Source: Amphiscolops sp. MND2022 (Eukaryota). Taken from it: 64,000 nt of DNA. The stretch spans positions 744,001 through 808,000 of the forward strand of contig OZ076418.1 of NCBI GenBank assembly GCA_964187785.1, given 5' to 3'. The notes under the pieces were generated by a model that was given only the letters and a program-made list of their open reading frames with translations, did no database searches and was not told the origin of the DNA. The translations under genes and the position numbers were made by a program. Shown piece after piece: positions 12,491 to 25,544 of the stretch; position 1 is the first letter of the stretch; the number at the start of each line of letters is the position of its first letter.

Positions 12491-13722
12491 ATTAGCAGTG
12501 CGGTGGCAAAACATGCAAGTTCTTGTGTTGAAAATGTTACGCAAGTTTTGCTAAATAACTTGCTTATTTTCAACCTTACACGCAATAATTGCACATGGTA
12601 TCACAAAGTGTATTATCACTTAAAATGGCCGAGGTGCATATGCACTAAATTGAATACCCCCTCCTACCCTTTGATAATTGCCATAATTATGAGATAATAT
12701 ATCGGCGTGCTATTGCGAAAAGCGCCCCATGGTATATCCGCGTTGATTGAAAGTGTGAGTGAATATTTCAGAGAGATTTGGTTTGAAGCGAGAGAGATTA
12801 GATAATTGGTTCCCCGCAAATTATTGGCACAGCACAGTTGCAGTTGAGTTGGTTGGTATTAACGCCATTTGCAGCCAAGCCAGTGAGTCACAGAGAAGTG
12901 TCCAGAGACATACATTCATTGATACTCAAGACAAGTGAAAGTCAGTTCGTTCGATCATTAACACAGGGTTGGTAGACTCAAACTTCTTTCTATTTAAAAC
13001 TAATTTTATTTTAAACAAGTTCAAAATAAATATCGCTTTTTTCTGAGTACATCTCTGATTAATATCAAAAGTCAAAATTTTCAAACAAAAATGTTTGTAA
13101 TCAACGTTAAAATTTATTAAACTTATAGTTTTACAGTTTTCCAAAATACTTTTTCGTTCAGAATATTTTGGTCTCCTTTAATCGAGTCCGAATCACTTTT
13201 TTATAATCAGAGGTCCATTTCATTTGTTACAGTATGGAAGTTTTTCGACGTAAGAGGCGCATTTTAAGTGATCGACCCCAGATCAGTAATGTAGGTCCAC
13301 ATAAATCTAGTTATGCCTGGTTTTTATATAGTTATTTTTTGAATGGAAGTAAAATAGAGTAAACTCCGGATAATATTGGTCTTTCAGTTGGTTTGAGACC
13401 CCATCATTTGTATCTGAATGTATTACCGTCCGGTTCTTTCATATTTTCTATTGCGTATCTCGGTCCCTAATGATAGGAAATAGGCGGATTCCACCGTATT
13501 TTGCGCACAAAAAAACAAACCAACTGGCATTTTGCTACATAATTTTTGAATACCCAGTATCACCCAGAAGTATCTTTTATACTGATCAACTTGTGAATGG
13601 ACTCTGAAAAATTTTGTTTCTGCCACAGCTGAAAAATGCAAACTTTTTTATAGGCCTGTGGCAAACTGTTATATATAGATTATGAATTGTTTGCATTCAT
13701 CTGATGTATTATTCGATTGATT

Positions 13723-14101
13723 GGGAACGTTCATTTAGGCCCGAAAAACTGAGGCCCGATAATGAAATGTTATCTGAGGCCCGAAATATTGCGTGTGATA
13801 CACAACGGCGAACTAATTACGATAACGTAGTCAGCTATATTCACATACCCCTAGTGCCCTAAATGCAGGAGCGAAGCGAAGCGGAGCGACGTGCCATATG
13901 GCCATGCCTCAATGTTGTTACTTGGCGAAGGGAGCGAAGCGACCGAGCCATACAACAAATATGCTAACCTCTTCAAATAAATCAAGTTAAATACATATTG
14001 GCTGATATAATATTATCTGACGCTAATAGTCACTGAAATGATCGGGCCTCAAATTACAACAGCTTCGGGCCTCAATTTTTCGGGCCTCAAATATGCTACC
14101 C
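13723..14101. mobile_element. MITE, same family as 8946-9288
   Basis: Imperfect TIRs with iterated GAGGCCCGA. TSD GATTGATT at 13715-13722 and 14102-14109. Confidence 0.85.
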
Positions 14102-14373
14102 GATTGATTATTTAAGATTTTTAAGGTATAAAGATAGGCATTGATCGGAACCTCGCCGACTCACTTGTAACAGCAGGAAATACTGTTTAGCTGAAAGTGA
14201 AAAGAAACTTTTGAACGCAATAGAAAAACTACTATATCATGTTTTTACAGTAGCATGATACATGTAAACTGGTGATGTAAAAGTGTGATGCCAACCCTGC
14301 TTCAGTTAAACAAACTAAACAAACATAACTGAGCAGAGCAGCTGTCGTCTCGTCGTCGTGTCGGTGTTGAAAG

Positions 14374-14540
14374 ATGGCCGGAGGCAAGTCGGGCAAGGAT
14401 GCGGGGGGCAAGGCCAAGAGGTCGGCCGTGTCCAGGTCGCAGAAGGCGGGGCTGCAGTTCCCAGTGGGCAGGATCCACCGCTTCCTCAAGTCCAGAACCA
14501 CCTCCCACGGAAGGGTGGGCGCCACCGCCGCTGTCTACAG
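14374..14540 (+). CDS. H2A.Z: Histone H2A.Z (H2A.V), exon 1
   Basis: Translates to [55 protein letters not shown]; phase-2 donor AG|GTAAAT. Confidence 0.95.
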
Positions 14541-14893
14541 GTAAATAAATGTACCACCTACCTGTCTACCACTAATACCACTACTACTACTACCGCTGAT
14601 GTTGCCTGCCTTTTTATCGCCTCTTCATTCATTTTCTTATTCACATGAAACAACAAAACATGTTAATTAGTGAGTCGGTATATGAAGATATACCGTATAC
14701 ATTTTTCTCTAAATTATACAAATTTCACATTAAAAGAGGAAATATGTTAAGAAATAGGTATACAAAAATCTACATCATTATAATCCTCTATGAAACAAAC
14801 ACAGGTCCGGACATCCTTGGGATGGAATATATTCATCTATGGACACCAATTTGTCACCACCATCGTCTCGTTGCAACTTGCTGCTGCTGACTT

Positions 14894-15069
14894 CACTCAA
14901 CTCCGTTTATAACGATTACGTTTATAACGATATTCCGGTTATAGCGATAGATTTCACGATCCCGGTCACGATGCTAGTATTCAACCATTTTCGCCTATAG
15001 CGATATTCGGATATAACGATTGAAAAACGCCGGTCCCCGGGTGGTAATCGTTATAAGCAGAGTTGAGTG
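14894..15069. mobile_element. Tc1/mariner (pogo/Tigger-like) MITE in H2A.Z intron 1
   Basis: TIRs CACTCAACTCCGTTTATAACGA / TCGTTATAAGCAGAGTTGAGTG, followed by TA on the right. Confidence 0.7.
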
Positions 15070-15712
15070 TATTGAACTATTTTTCAACTTTTGTTTTGAT
15101 GCTAAGTTTAAGATTGCCACAAAATACACGGTAAAACGGTCATCTTCGGTAAATTTCAACTAATCACTCGATTTTCCTAAGGAATACATGGGTATAAAAA
15201 CGTTTTAAAACATTATAATCCCTTGAAAGTAGACGACGCGTTGACCTATTTGGAACGGGAAGCGATGTCTTAAAGGAGGTCGGATTTATATCCAATTTTG
15301 GTTTCCTTTTCGATGCCATAACTGCTTCTCAAAGCAAAGCTTTCAGTTTGGCAGAAGCGGTCAAGGCCTAGATTACATTCAGTGCACTAGCCCAAATTTT
15401 TGGTATTGCTCAATAGGAATTTACGCATTTGCCCTGATTAAATCGGTCGATGTTGAAAGGCTTTTTTTTCGGTTTTGAAATCATATTTGGAGGATCGATC
15501 CCATTTAGTGGGAGAAACTATGTGCAAACTTGTATTTTAAAAATATAATGAAGATCTGTAATGAATGATAATTAATATTTCTGGCAATACGCCGATTTTT
15601 CACTTTCTAAAAAAAGTGAATTTCCTCGCATTATGATAAAATACAAAAGATTTCACATATACGAGGGCAGTGTAAAATTCAAATTAATGATAATAATGAC
15701 GATTATTGTAAA

Positions 15713-16156
15713 TTACTTATTCAACTTATTATTTAAACCGATACTCCAACATTTCCGGCTATATTGCGGTCTATCAACTTGACTTATGAATTTCTCAGTA
15801 AAATATTTCTTTAGTCTCTTCTTCAGTGTATCATACGTTTGATTTCCACTTTTCATTTTATCAGGTAAAACGTTCCACAGATGTACTACTCTCTTGAACA
15901 GACTGTTTCTCATTTGTTCACTTCTTGTATGAGCACGATAGTACAAATTCTTAGTTCTATCGTGACTTGTTATACGGGCGGTTTCTAAATTAAGCTGGGA
16001 AAAAGCGGGAAGAAGATTATGCTTCCATTTCCAGAAAAATTTGATAGCGTTCATGTCTAACGTCTTACGAACTGATATGGTACCGTGTTTTATTCTCAAA
16101 TTCTGCGCTGAATCCATTTTATATCTATTGAAACACGCTTTTACACCCCAATTCAA
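15713..16156 (-). mobile_element. 5'-truncated CR1/L2-type LINE 3' fragment in H2A.Z intron 1
   Basis: C-terminal LINE ORF2 motif RNSLFKRVVHLWNVLP. Confidence 0.7.
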
Positions 16157-17226
16157 TTGTTTTTCTAAAGTCGATCTTACACCGAATTCGAGAATGAAGC
16201 GCCGAAATCGGCGTCGATTTAGGTAATTTAGTGCCGATAATGGTGTTTCCTGCTCGCCAGTATATCTAGAAGGACTAAATTGCTCTGTTCGATTGCACGT
16301 CTTTCAGTTAAATTGAAGAATTTTAAGCTATACTACTGTTTTCATGTAAGCTCTATTTCAGAAAAATAAAAAACAATAAAAACATTTAAAACGTGGGTTT
16401 CCATAAAAACTGTGTTTGACTAATATGGTAAACTATTTTTGCCAACCCCGGAACCAGGGCTGTTTAAAAATAATTGGAAATATAAAAATCAATTATCAAA
16501 TTGAAAAACGATTAATTGAAATCTACAGTTTCGAACAATTAATAATTGAATTAGTTGCAATTAATTGGCAATCAATTATCATAGTGTTATTTTAGTATTG
16601 TCGATAGTGTGTTCGTCCCAGAGTCGATGATTGACCTTAAGGAACAGTTGCATTTTGAAGTTGATTATCGATAATCCGAATAAGCGTACCCGGCACTAAA
16701 AAACACAAAAAGATGATGCATGTGGCCCACTTTGATACCTGGAAATTTGTCGAAATGTTTTTCTCAGAATTATCTGAAACGAAGACATTTCCATAACCCT
16801 TATTTAAATTATTTGTCGGTGATTTTGACGTGATTTTCAATTCAAAATAGCGTGAATGAGATCGTGATTTTTTTTTTTGGGGGGGGGGCTATGATCGCGG
16901 GTGACTTTACGCTGGCCCTAATTATAAGTGAGTGTTTGTGTCATTTCATCGAGTTGCCTCTACAGCGTCGAATTATTTAGAATGGAAAATTGCAACTGAA
17001 CTTTGCAGGGTCGAAGTATTTAGGATCGAATTTTACAGGGCATAATAGCAATGGTTGGTATAATATGAAACGGAGACTTGCGTTTCTTTCGATCCTTGAT
17101 CAAATCAGGTCTCAATTCGATCCTACATAATTGGACTCCCAACGCGCCGCACCAATCCCATTCATTCATCAATTCAATCCATCTCTCCATCCTCCATTCA
17201 CTGTATGATGTGTTGTGTTGGGGTAG

Positions 17227-17368
17227 TGCGGCCATTCTGGAGTACCTGACGGCGGAGGTGCTGGAGTTGGCGGGCAACGCGAGCAAGGACTTGCGCGTGA
17301 AGAGGATCACCCCTCGACACCTGCAGCTGGCCATCCGTGGCGACGAGGAGTTGGACTCACTCATCAAG
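17227..17368 (+). CDS. H2A.Z: Histone H2A.Z, exon 2
   Basis: Translates to (S)[47 protein letters not shown]; flanked by AG and GT. Confidence 0.95.
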
Positions 17369-18198
17369 GTTGTCACTCTACTCACACACGTTTTCAAAGT
17401 TGCCATGTTGTAACCTTTTCTTGACACTTTGAAGTCCGTCTGCTATTTTTGAGCAGCCTTAGATATGGCGCCGACTTGGGCCGTTCCCGGCTTGTTTTTG
17501 ATAGTTGTGAATTGATGGTAGTATATATAGTAAGAGTGACAGGGCAGGGCAGGGCAAAAATTAATTGCAATCAATTAATTGATTTTTACCCAAACCCAAA
17601 ATTCATTGATTTTGAAGAACTGTTAATTGCAATTAATTGATTTTTACCCAATTATTGCAATTAATTGCTCGGTTATTTCACGTCAAAAACGTTGTTGATA
17701 AACGTTTATTCAGTACATTTTGACGATTGTCTATTACCACAAAAGTTTGAGATGCAATTGTTATTTTCCGCCCATATTTCATATGGGAAAGGAAAATATT
17801 TAAATGAAACGGGTTTTTTTTTACAAAATTTGCCAAGAATTATTGTTTACGTAATTTGAAGAAGTACATTCACAGAATTCAACTGACATAAATTTGATTC
17901 CATGCGATATGTATTTGTAAAGATTTTTGGACTTGAAACGATTTTGTTGCTCAAATGATTTGGGGCGGAAAATATCCCGCTGGTCCGCGGGCGTCTTGTT
18001 TTTTTAAATGAATGAAAAACTTGTGTGAATGAAAAATCGCTGTATAAACCTCAATAGTGAATAAAACTGTTTGTTTTATTACTTAACTTGCCGATCGATC
18101 AAAATGAATTCTTTGCAAATGCCCATATTTGATTGGCAGAGGAGCAATTAATGTTTGCCATGCCCTGAAGAGTGATGCGTTGTGTTGATTGATTGCAG

Positions 18199-18279
18199 GC
18201 GACTATCGCGGGCGGAGGAGTGATCCCACACATCCACAAGTCCCTTATCGGCAAGAAGGGCACCCAGGGAAGGATCTGA
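18199..18279 (+). CDS. H2A.Z: Histone H2A.Z, exon 3
   Basis: Translates to ATIAGGGVIPHIHKSLIGKKGTQGRI*; acceptor TTGCAG; total 129 aa. Confidence 0.95.
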   Translation, partial: ATIAGGGVIPHIHKSLIGKKGTQGRI

Positions 18280-19766
18280 TCTGATCCCATCTCATCTGAA
18301 TCACTCTTCAATCAAATCAAGCTACCACCTCCTACGTTTTGTGAGACTATTCTATTGTATTGTTTTGTGTTATGACTGCCTCCAACTGGCTACTGTTGTT
18401 GTTGCTGCTATTGGTTTCATGCGTGACTAGACCTCCTGTAGTCCTCTACATGTAGTATTGACTATTCATTCACTTCTCTTAACTGTGTAGTCGTGTGATG
18501 ATTTGCAGTTTTCAAGAGACAACATTCGGCTACCAAATGATGTCACATCGGTCACTTCCCATAACTCCGAAAATTAATTTTAATTATCATGGTTTAAAAA
18601 ATGAATCGCAGCACAAAGTGCTAATTTAAATATAGGCGCTGCCGCAAATTGGTGGCCCTACCTTAAGAAATCACTGCGGCATCTAAGGGCATTGACAGTG
18701 CGGGGAAGATGAAAAACAAACGACCTCTCAATATTTTGCCAACTTGCACGAATTTTACGTGTGAAAGTAATCCGTTGGAAATTTGGGAGCCATGGCACTA
18801 GATTTTGAATTCGGAGCTATGAATAGTCACCGTAACATCATTGTTGTTCTCCTATTGTCGCACACCAGCTTTTTTCTGACACATTCCTCAATTGTCGATG
18901 CGTACTTTTAGTGGAAGAAAATTAACTCACAAACCTTATGGGTAGTCTTGTCCAATTATTATCCAGGAGGGAAAAGTTCAAAAATGTTGGCTCAACTTCG
19001 GTTATTGAACTTAACCGTGTTTGGGAATCGTTGTCACAAAGTGAAGACCGTGTCTCATGATACTATCAGTAACCACCATTGAGGCATCAAGATTCATCCA
19101 TTCAACTTTCGTTTCATCACACGACGCATGAATTTTTGCAGTTTTTCTCGAAAAGGGTCAGCTATCAAGAGAGATGTTAACGTTTCAACTTTTGTATAGC
19201 GTTACAAAACAATGATCATGAGTTTTATCGGGAAAATATATCTATTGTCAAATCGTGCGCAATTTTTCATCAACTCAAACATTGGCATCATGTTTTCATC
19301 TCGATTTATGGCTGGTTCTTTTCGCAACAGCAGCTGTGACGTTGATGACAGTTTGGGTCGTTGGAAGGGATGAGAAAACTTTGGCATTTAAGTTGAATAA
19401 TCTCTGTTGCCAGTATTCGGACAAGAAATATGATACGCAGAATTAAGAAATCTTGAAAATGATGCTACCTACCTCCGAAATTAGCATTAAATAAAGTGCA
19501 ATCTGTTTTCTCATCCCCGAAAGTAGATTAGAGTGTAGGACGTTGAAAATTTGCAAAACGACATTCAAATTTGTTTTTCAAAATCACTCCGTTTCATCAA
19601 TTTTGATTCCAATTGGCTAATTCCAAAAATTAGAAAATCAATTTTAACAGAATAGACTTTCAAAATTAGCATACTCTACTATCATGCTACTAGAGAGGTA
19701 GAAAATGCTGCTTCGCAAATCGGCACAATCTTTCTATCTTATTGTCCAGTGGTATGCGAGCAGTGG

Positions 19767-21314
19767 TGTCGTGTGCGACTTCTGGCAAATGAAACTTACC
19801 GTGAAAATCAAAAAAGATATTAAATTCTTTTGTAACTTGCACAGTTTTTATTACTTTCCCCTTCAGCTCTGAATTCTGAACACGCTCGAACGTGTTCACT
19901 CCCTTTGTTCAGCGACGCTACACAAATTCCTTATTTGGTCATGACGTCAAATGACATCATTTTGTCGTAGACGCTACGCCTGCGAATAACGCAAACAAAA
20001 TGCTTTTGTTAGCGTGATCATATGACTTGACGTCATATTACGGCATGTTTGTCAGCTAATCACGATTCTGATTGAATTTCATTAGTTGACGAAGCGGGTG
20101 AATTTAGTATAAAAGCCGTCCAAATTTTCACCCCCTCAGAGCTTTTTTGGAATAATACCAAATCGACAGATTCGACAACTCCTACTTCTCAACCTTCCTT
20201 CACGGGTTCAATCCCCATCATCAGTGCGGCGCAGTATTTGTTAGGTAAACCTTTTTCATTTTTTCTTTTCGGAGCGTTTACTTTCATTTTTTCTTGTCCT
20301 TTTTCTTAACTTAAACTTTTATCCGCAGTCTATAAATTTTTACAAGTTTTGGCTCAGTCTATCTTAACGATTTTCAGGCCTGCTTTCAAGTTAAAGCAAT
20401 TCTATCTTAGAGTATTTGTCAAGCCTGCTTTCACGTTAAAGCAATTTTATCTCAGACGATTTTCCCAACCTGCTTCCAAGCCAGAGCAATTTTATCTTGA
20501 ACTATTTTCAATCATTACTTTCGAGCCAAAACAAACTTAGTCTTAAGCTTTTTAATTCAACCCTGCTTTCAAGTAAAAGCAATTTTAAACTATTCTCTCA
20601 TTGCTTTCAAGTGAAAGCAAATTAAGTCCCAAACTATTTTCAATCTAAAACAAATCCAAGCCTGCTCTCAAGTTGGAGCAATTCTCTTACGCTGGAGTTT
20701 CGATTGACTTTTGACTTCAAACAGAAGTTATACCAGCTTTGGTCAACAGACTGAGTAGTCCCTGCTTTATAGTGGACTCTAAACCAAAGTCTGGTGATAC
20801 TCATTGACTCTAAACTAAGAACCACAGCCTTAGCTGGGTTATAAGAGACTTGACCAACTTAGCTTTGACTTGACTCTTCAAGTCGAACAGTTCTCAAGTA
20901 GTCGTATAGCACTTTATAAAAACAGTTCAACAATCTGTTGTCCTCTAATCAAAGAATAGCGATTCGCTATCTTTCCCAGTCCGTGACAGTCGGTGGACTA
21001 TGAACGTGCTAGCTCTTTGCTGCATCTTAAAAAGAGGCCTAACCTCTCACTTATGTGGTAAAAACATAAAACAACTTATTGAACTTAATAACTGATTTCT
21101 TAGTAACTTAACCATTATCTTTTGAAGATTGCCGTTTAACTAGATTTATTATATTCTTTTCATTTTGATTTGTGCACTGTTTTTGTATATCTGACATTCG
21201 TAACAGTTTCAATATAAATGAAGAAAGGTTCAATTTACATATTCCTGAACCAAAGCATTCTTTCTCCCGGGCCGTAGAAATAAAGTCCTTCCATTCGAAC
21301 TCACGCCTGAGACA
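19767..21314 (+). mobile_element. LTR-like repeat, copy 1 (homologous to 57574-60633)
   Basis: Both copies start at TGTCGTGTGCGACTT and contain a TATA-like TAGTATAAAAG and a 43-45-bp tandem array. They run to a candidate ...GAGACA end, and homology continues about 130 bp further. Confidence 0.5.
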
Positions 21315-21450
21315 ACCTTTGTCGAAGTGTAGGAAGGCACTCTCGCAAAAAATTTAATTACGATGCTACTTTGAGATTTCAAACGAAAAATAAGAAAAAA
21401 TCGAACTAAGAGTTCCCTAATTGGACAAGAATTCGAGACTTATCAATTTT

Positions 21451-22480
21451 GATCAATTAGCAAAGGAACCGGAGACTTAGACGGGACTGACGATGTTATG
21501 TTTGTCAACAGTACAATGCACTCGCTTTTCGCCAATTGTGAAGGTTTCTTTAACAACGAACAAGTTTACACATCTAATGGTCTTTACCCAAACAAAGCTT
21601 TTGTTTCTAATGAGCTCTCTGGTACCAAGGCATCTATATCGTTTTGTTAAGGTTATGACTATGGAAAAGATCCGTCTGCTTTTGGAGAAGAACCCTTTGT
21701 CACTAGAGAAGGGGAAAAAATGATACTGTTGCCTTCTACGGGAAGTTATGTGTTGATATTTTCACTTGTTTTTACTTCCGAATAGTAATGTACGGTTACG
21801 ATTGGTTCGTTCGCGGCCGATTTTCTATTTACTTTCACAGCAGAATGAAAATTTCATTGCTAGAATCTTGGAGGTGTCTCTTTTCGTTCGACAAGTTGCT
21901 GTCGGTGATCGAATTTAAAAAGATCTCCACAACACTCTTATGCTACGAGGAGCACTATATCATTTTTCTTAAGTTTTAGCGAAGTCTTTCATAATACCCA
22001 GCGGACAACCAGTATATTCATGAAAACGTTTTTTAATAATGCCCCAATTAGACGTTAAGCAATTGAAATGAATGTTCATACTGCTTTCAATGGAACTTTG
22101 AAGACTAACCCGTTTCACTATCAAAAATTTTGGTCTCAGTTCCTTACGATTGGTTCGAGGAAGCCAGGTTGTTGTCGATTTGGATACTACCCAAAATGTT
22201 CAGGGTTACATCACATCCATGAGAGCTCTCAAATTCGATGAAAATGGTCCCGGTTTTCCTCTTGAGGATTACAATAATCATTTTGTACAAGTATTTGACC
22301 TCACGTCTACCCAATAAGCTACCGTTCAAGTCTATTACCCTAATTTTGTCGCCGCTAGTCTTAGCTTAGAATTGGAATTCACAACTCCTGTCAGTGCAGC
22401 AACTGAGGTAGTTGTCTTCGGGGAAAAGAATTTCCACAATATTTATTGACAAGAACGGTTCAGTCGTTAAAAATGGATAA
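21451..22480 (+). pseudogene. Degenerate Polinton major capsid protein gene of an older, divergent family
   Basis: DDVMFVNSTMHSLFANCEGFFNNEQVYTSNGLYP and the C-terminus IDKNGSVVKNG* align with the MCP at 38523-41437; many frameshifts and stops. Confidence 0.85.
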
Positions 22481-22875
22481 CGATCATTTATCACGAATCA
22501 TTTCCAGATTTGGTATTTTGAAGTAAAAGTATCTTGGTTTCTTCCCAGCAGATATGATCCCTGAAATTTTCCCCATAATTCTTTTTTAATCTGTAACACC
22601 GACACTAGCAAGAGACCTGGAGTGCATTGGGTGATGATTGCGAATTGTCAAGGAATATTTTTTTCGGAGACTCTCTAGGCAATTTACCAACCTACTACAA
22701 AACTATTCAACTGAATCCTAAGAAATCGATTAAAGTTTTGAATTGTTTTACTCTACAGAAGCAACATCTCTGCCGACTTTATTGTATCTAGTTTGCCTAT
22801 TGTTTGTTTTCTAACTTTTTAATGTATGATCTGAATGATATTGTTATTCCCAAATTCTTTGCAGAAGTTTTGTAA
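22473..22875 (+). pseudogene. Degenerate adenain-like protease gene of the older Polinton
   Basis: Translates to MDNDHL...KYLGFFPADMIP...PGVHWVMIA...FFAEVL*; the start overlaps the MCP stop exactly as in the young element. Confidence 0.85.
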
Positions 22876-23084
22876 GGTGTGAAGGTTTTGTAAACTTCTT
22901 CATAAACTCCAATTAAGATTATCTGTGAACCTTAATCAAACGATTTGCTTCCAAAATTTTAGTCCTATTCACCAACAGTTGAATTTCTAGCGTACAACAC
23001 ATCAATCAATGGAATTAGTTAATCAATGGAATTAGTTGATCAATGGAACAGTAATTATTACAAATGAAATTGATTCAAAACAAT

Positions 23085-23831
23085 TCAAAAGCTATCCTGG
23101 GTATATTGGAAATACCGACGTCCCCGGTTCGGTCTGGGAGCTTCCGGCATCGGGGTTTCCTCTCTTTGTTGTGGCGTAACTGGCCAGTCTTGTCCAGGGA
23201 GTGAAGGTCCGTAAATGGCTCGTTGTTGTTGGGATGGTGGTGGGGTGTCGAAAATGGTAGAGGAATTGTCCGTGTCACAAAAGAGAATGGGACTCTCGCT
23301 TCTCTCGTCTCCTTCTTCCACTCCCCAGAAGGAACGGATTCTCTCTCTGTCTCTTCTAGTTCGTGCTCCGTGCTCCACATTCTCTGAGTTTCTTTCTGCT
23401 CAAATGAAACACTGCGAAGTCTCTTTTTGTTCAGAGGTAGAGCTCTCGTCTCGTACCACTGTAACGTTTAAGGAATGTTCAGATGCACCCACCGACGTTT
23501 TGAACTCCCCTGCAACTTCAGCTCTGACTCCGTTGGGGATTTCGTTGCTGGTGTTTAATTTCCCCCGCCACTGATGTTGCATCCGAAAAAGAGCTTCCGG
23601 CATCACACAGCTTTCCACAATCGCGTCTGATTTATCGTCAGGGTGAATGGTTAGAATTCGGACTTCCTTCGTCTCAACGTGGAAGTACGTGAATAGTTCC
23701 CTCGTTTCGAATTCTGAGTTAGCATTGTATAAACAAGCATAACTGTTGGAAGTTGATGATTTGTGAAGAAGATAGATATTGAACTGAGAAAATGAAATTA
23801 GTGAAGAAATTTTGGAACAGTTGTGGAGCAA
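23085..23831 (-). pseudogene. Older-Polinton homolog of the 32006-32632 ORF, split by one in-frame TGA (23400-23402)
   Basis: CVMPEALFRMQHQW resembles CIPDVLFSMSHIW. ORFs 23400-23831 and 23085-23378 are in the same frame. Confidence 0.6.
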
Positions 23832-24089
23832 AGTTTGGAATTACGAAGTTATTTCAAAATTATAGTATCTGAAGGTAATTATTATGAGAGAAAACTTGGA
23901 GGTTAAAGTTTGGACTTTTCGAAGCTGAGTAACAGCAAAATTTGGATGACGTGTGAAAATGAAAATTTGTGAAGAAGTTTAAGGTTGAATTTCGGAGCAG
24001 TTGGTGATGGAATTTCGAAGCAGTGTTGCTGAGGAAAAGTTTCCGAACGTCAGTATTTGTACTATCCATTCTTTGAATAAATGATGAAT

Positions 24090-24480
24090 AAATTACCTCC
24101 ACCAATCACAGTTCGTTATTGTGATTGTGCGCCATCTAGTTCATGCAAACCAACAAACTCATGAAAGGTACCAAATTTGAAAGTTTGAATGAATTAGGAA
24201 TAAATTACCTCCACCCAATCACAGTTCGTTGTTGTAATTGTGCACCATCTAGGTCATGCAAACCAACAAACTCATGAAAGGAGCCGAGTTTGAAAGTTTG
24301 AATAACTTATTATTAGGTTACCTCCACCAATCACAGTTCGTTGTTGTGATTGTACGCCATCTAGTTCATGCAAAGCAACAAATTCATGAAAGGCCCAAAT
24401 TTGAATTTTCGAATAAAGTATCTCCACCAATCACAGTTCGTTGTTGTGATAGTGTCCCATCTAGTTCATGCAAAGTAACA
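24090..24480. repeat. Tandem ~100-113-bp repeats (4 units), each with the palindrome CAATCACA-N9-TGTGATTG
   Basis: CCAATCACAG occurs at about 24102, 24215, 24327 and 24427. Confidence 0.85.
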
Positions 24481-24499
24481 TCCATGAAAGGTACCCAAA

Positions 24500-24962
24500 T
24501 TCAAGCTATTACAAAATTAGGAATGAATTTGGCATTCCGTGGTAGTCTGGATCTGTTTCCTGCTTTCTTCGTAAAATATAGTAACAATTCGTTCCTTCTC
24601 TTAGTCTCTGATTATCCTATTGACCTCACACAATTCGAACAATACTCAGTATCAATTCAAATTTTTGTAATTCTCAATTGTCAGTATCATATTCTAGTTT
24701 ACAGCACACATCTCAGTTCTTCAGATTTATCACTCCAGGGCATTTTCTCCTATCAGAATGTAGGCTGTCTTTTCACTGTCTTTATTTCATAAAGTTTTAT
24801 TTCATAAAGATACTAAAATTGAAAGGATTTATTTTCCAAGAACTTTTGTCAGCAATCGACTTCCATAAATCTCTCCGGTCTCTAGTCCCAACAAGTTTCA
24901 ATGTGTCGAGAAAAGACTTCTTCACAAGAAATTCAAAACTAATCCGAGAAAATAAACATTGA
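24500..24962 (+). pseudogene. Older-Polinton homolog of the 31037-31468 ORF (frameshifted)
   Basis: GCLFTVF + KFYFIKILKLKGFIFQELLSAIDFHKSL versus DCLFTAFKVYFTEIVDLKGSIFQKLLAAIHFHQSL. Confidence 0.75.
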
Positions 24963-25093
24963 TTTCTCCCAGAGCTCTCGAAACTTGCACTATTGCAATT
25001 CTCTCCAAAAGAAATTCGATATTGTTATCCAGCAAACGAGAAGAATTACTTGAAACTATAGATTGTATATCAAAATTTTTATAGCTTCTCAAA

Positions 25094-25400
25094 ATGTCTC
25101 ATAGAGAACTGAAACAATGTCCCATGTGTTCCAAGTTTGTTGGAAGCAATAACTTTGCACGTCATAAAAAGATTCAGTTTCAATGCAGCAAAAGCTCATC
25201 TTTTGCCAAAGGGAAGAAACTTTCTCGACACTTTCTGGCTGAACACTCAATGTCTAGTTTCGTATGCTCTATCTGTATATTACCGTCTCTTACTTTCAAC
25301 CGTTTGAGTTATCATAAACGTCAAGTACACGGAAGAGTGGGAAAAATACCAATCGATCAAATTGATTTATCTGGATTTGGAGAGGAGATTCTAGTAAACT
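25094..25400 (+). pseudogene. 5' fragment (C2H2 zinc-finger region) of the older Polinton pPolB
   Basis: KQCPMCSKFVGSNNFARH...FVCSIC..PSLTFNRLSYH...DLSGF aligns with the N-terminus of the 30954 pPolB. Confidence 0.8.
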
Positions 25401-25525
25401 GTGAAAGAGATCATTCATTAAAATAATTATCGAAGAATATAAATTAATAGTAATTTCATTTAAAAGCTTCCAATGACTTTGAAATGAGTATAAAACTGGT
25501 TTATAGCCTCAATTCGCATCAGGGT

Positions 25526-25541
25526 AGCCTTTAAAAAGGCT
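25526..25541 (-). terminator. Histone-type 3' stem-loop of the older-family RING gene (left flank of the Polinton insertion)
   Basis: Minus strand reads AGCCTT-TTTA-AAGGCT-ACCCT. Identical copies at 46071, 46702, 47129, 48898 and 52360. Confidence 0.6.
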
Positions 25542-25544
25542 AGG

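Noticed and set aside
17020-17427. 135-aa minus-strand ORF and similar antisense ORFs over tropomodulin, polB, integrase and MCP
   Set aside because: These are shadow ORFs of genuine coding sequence on the other strand.
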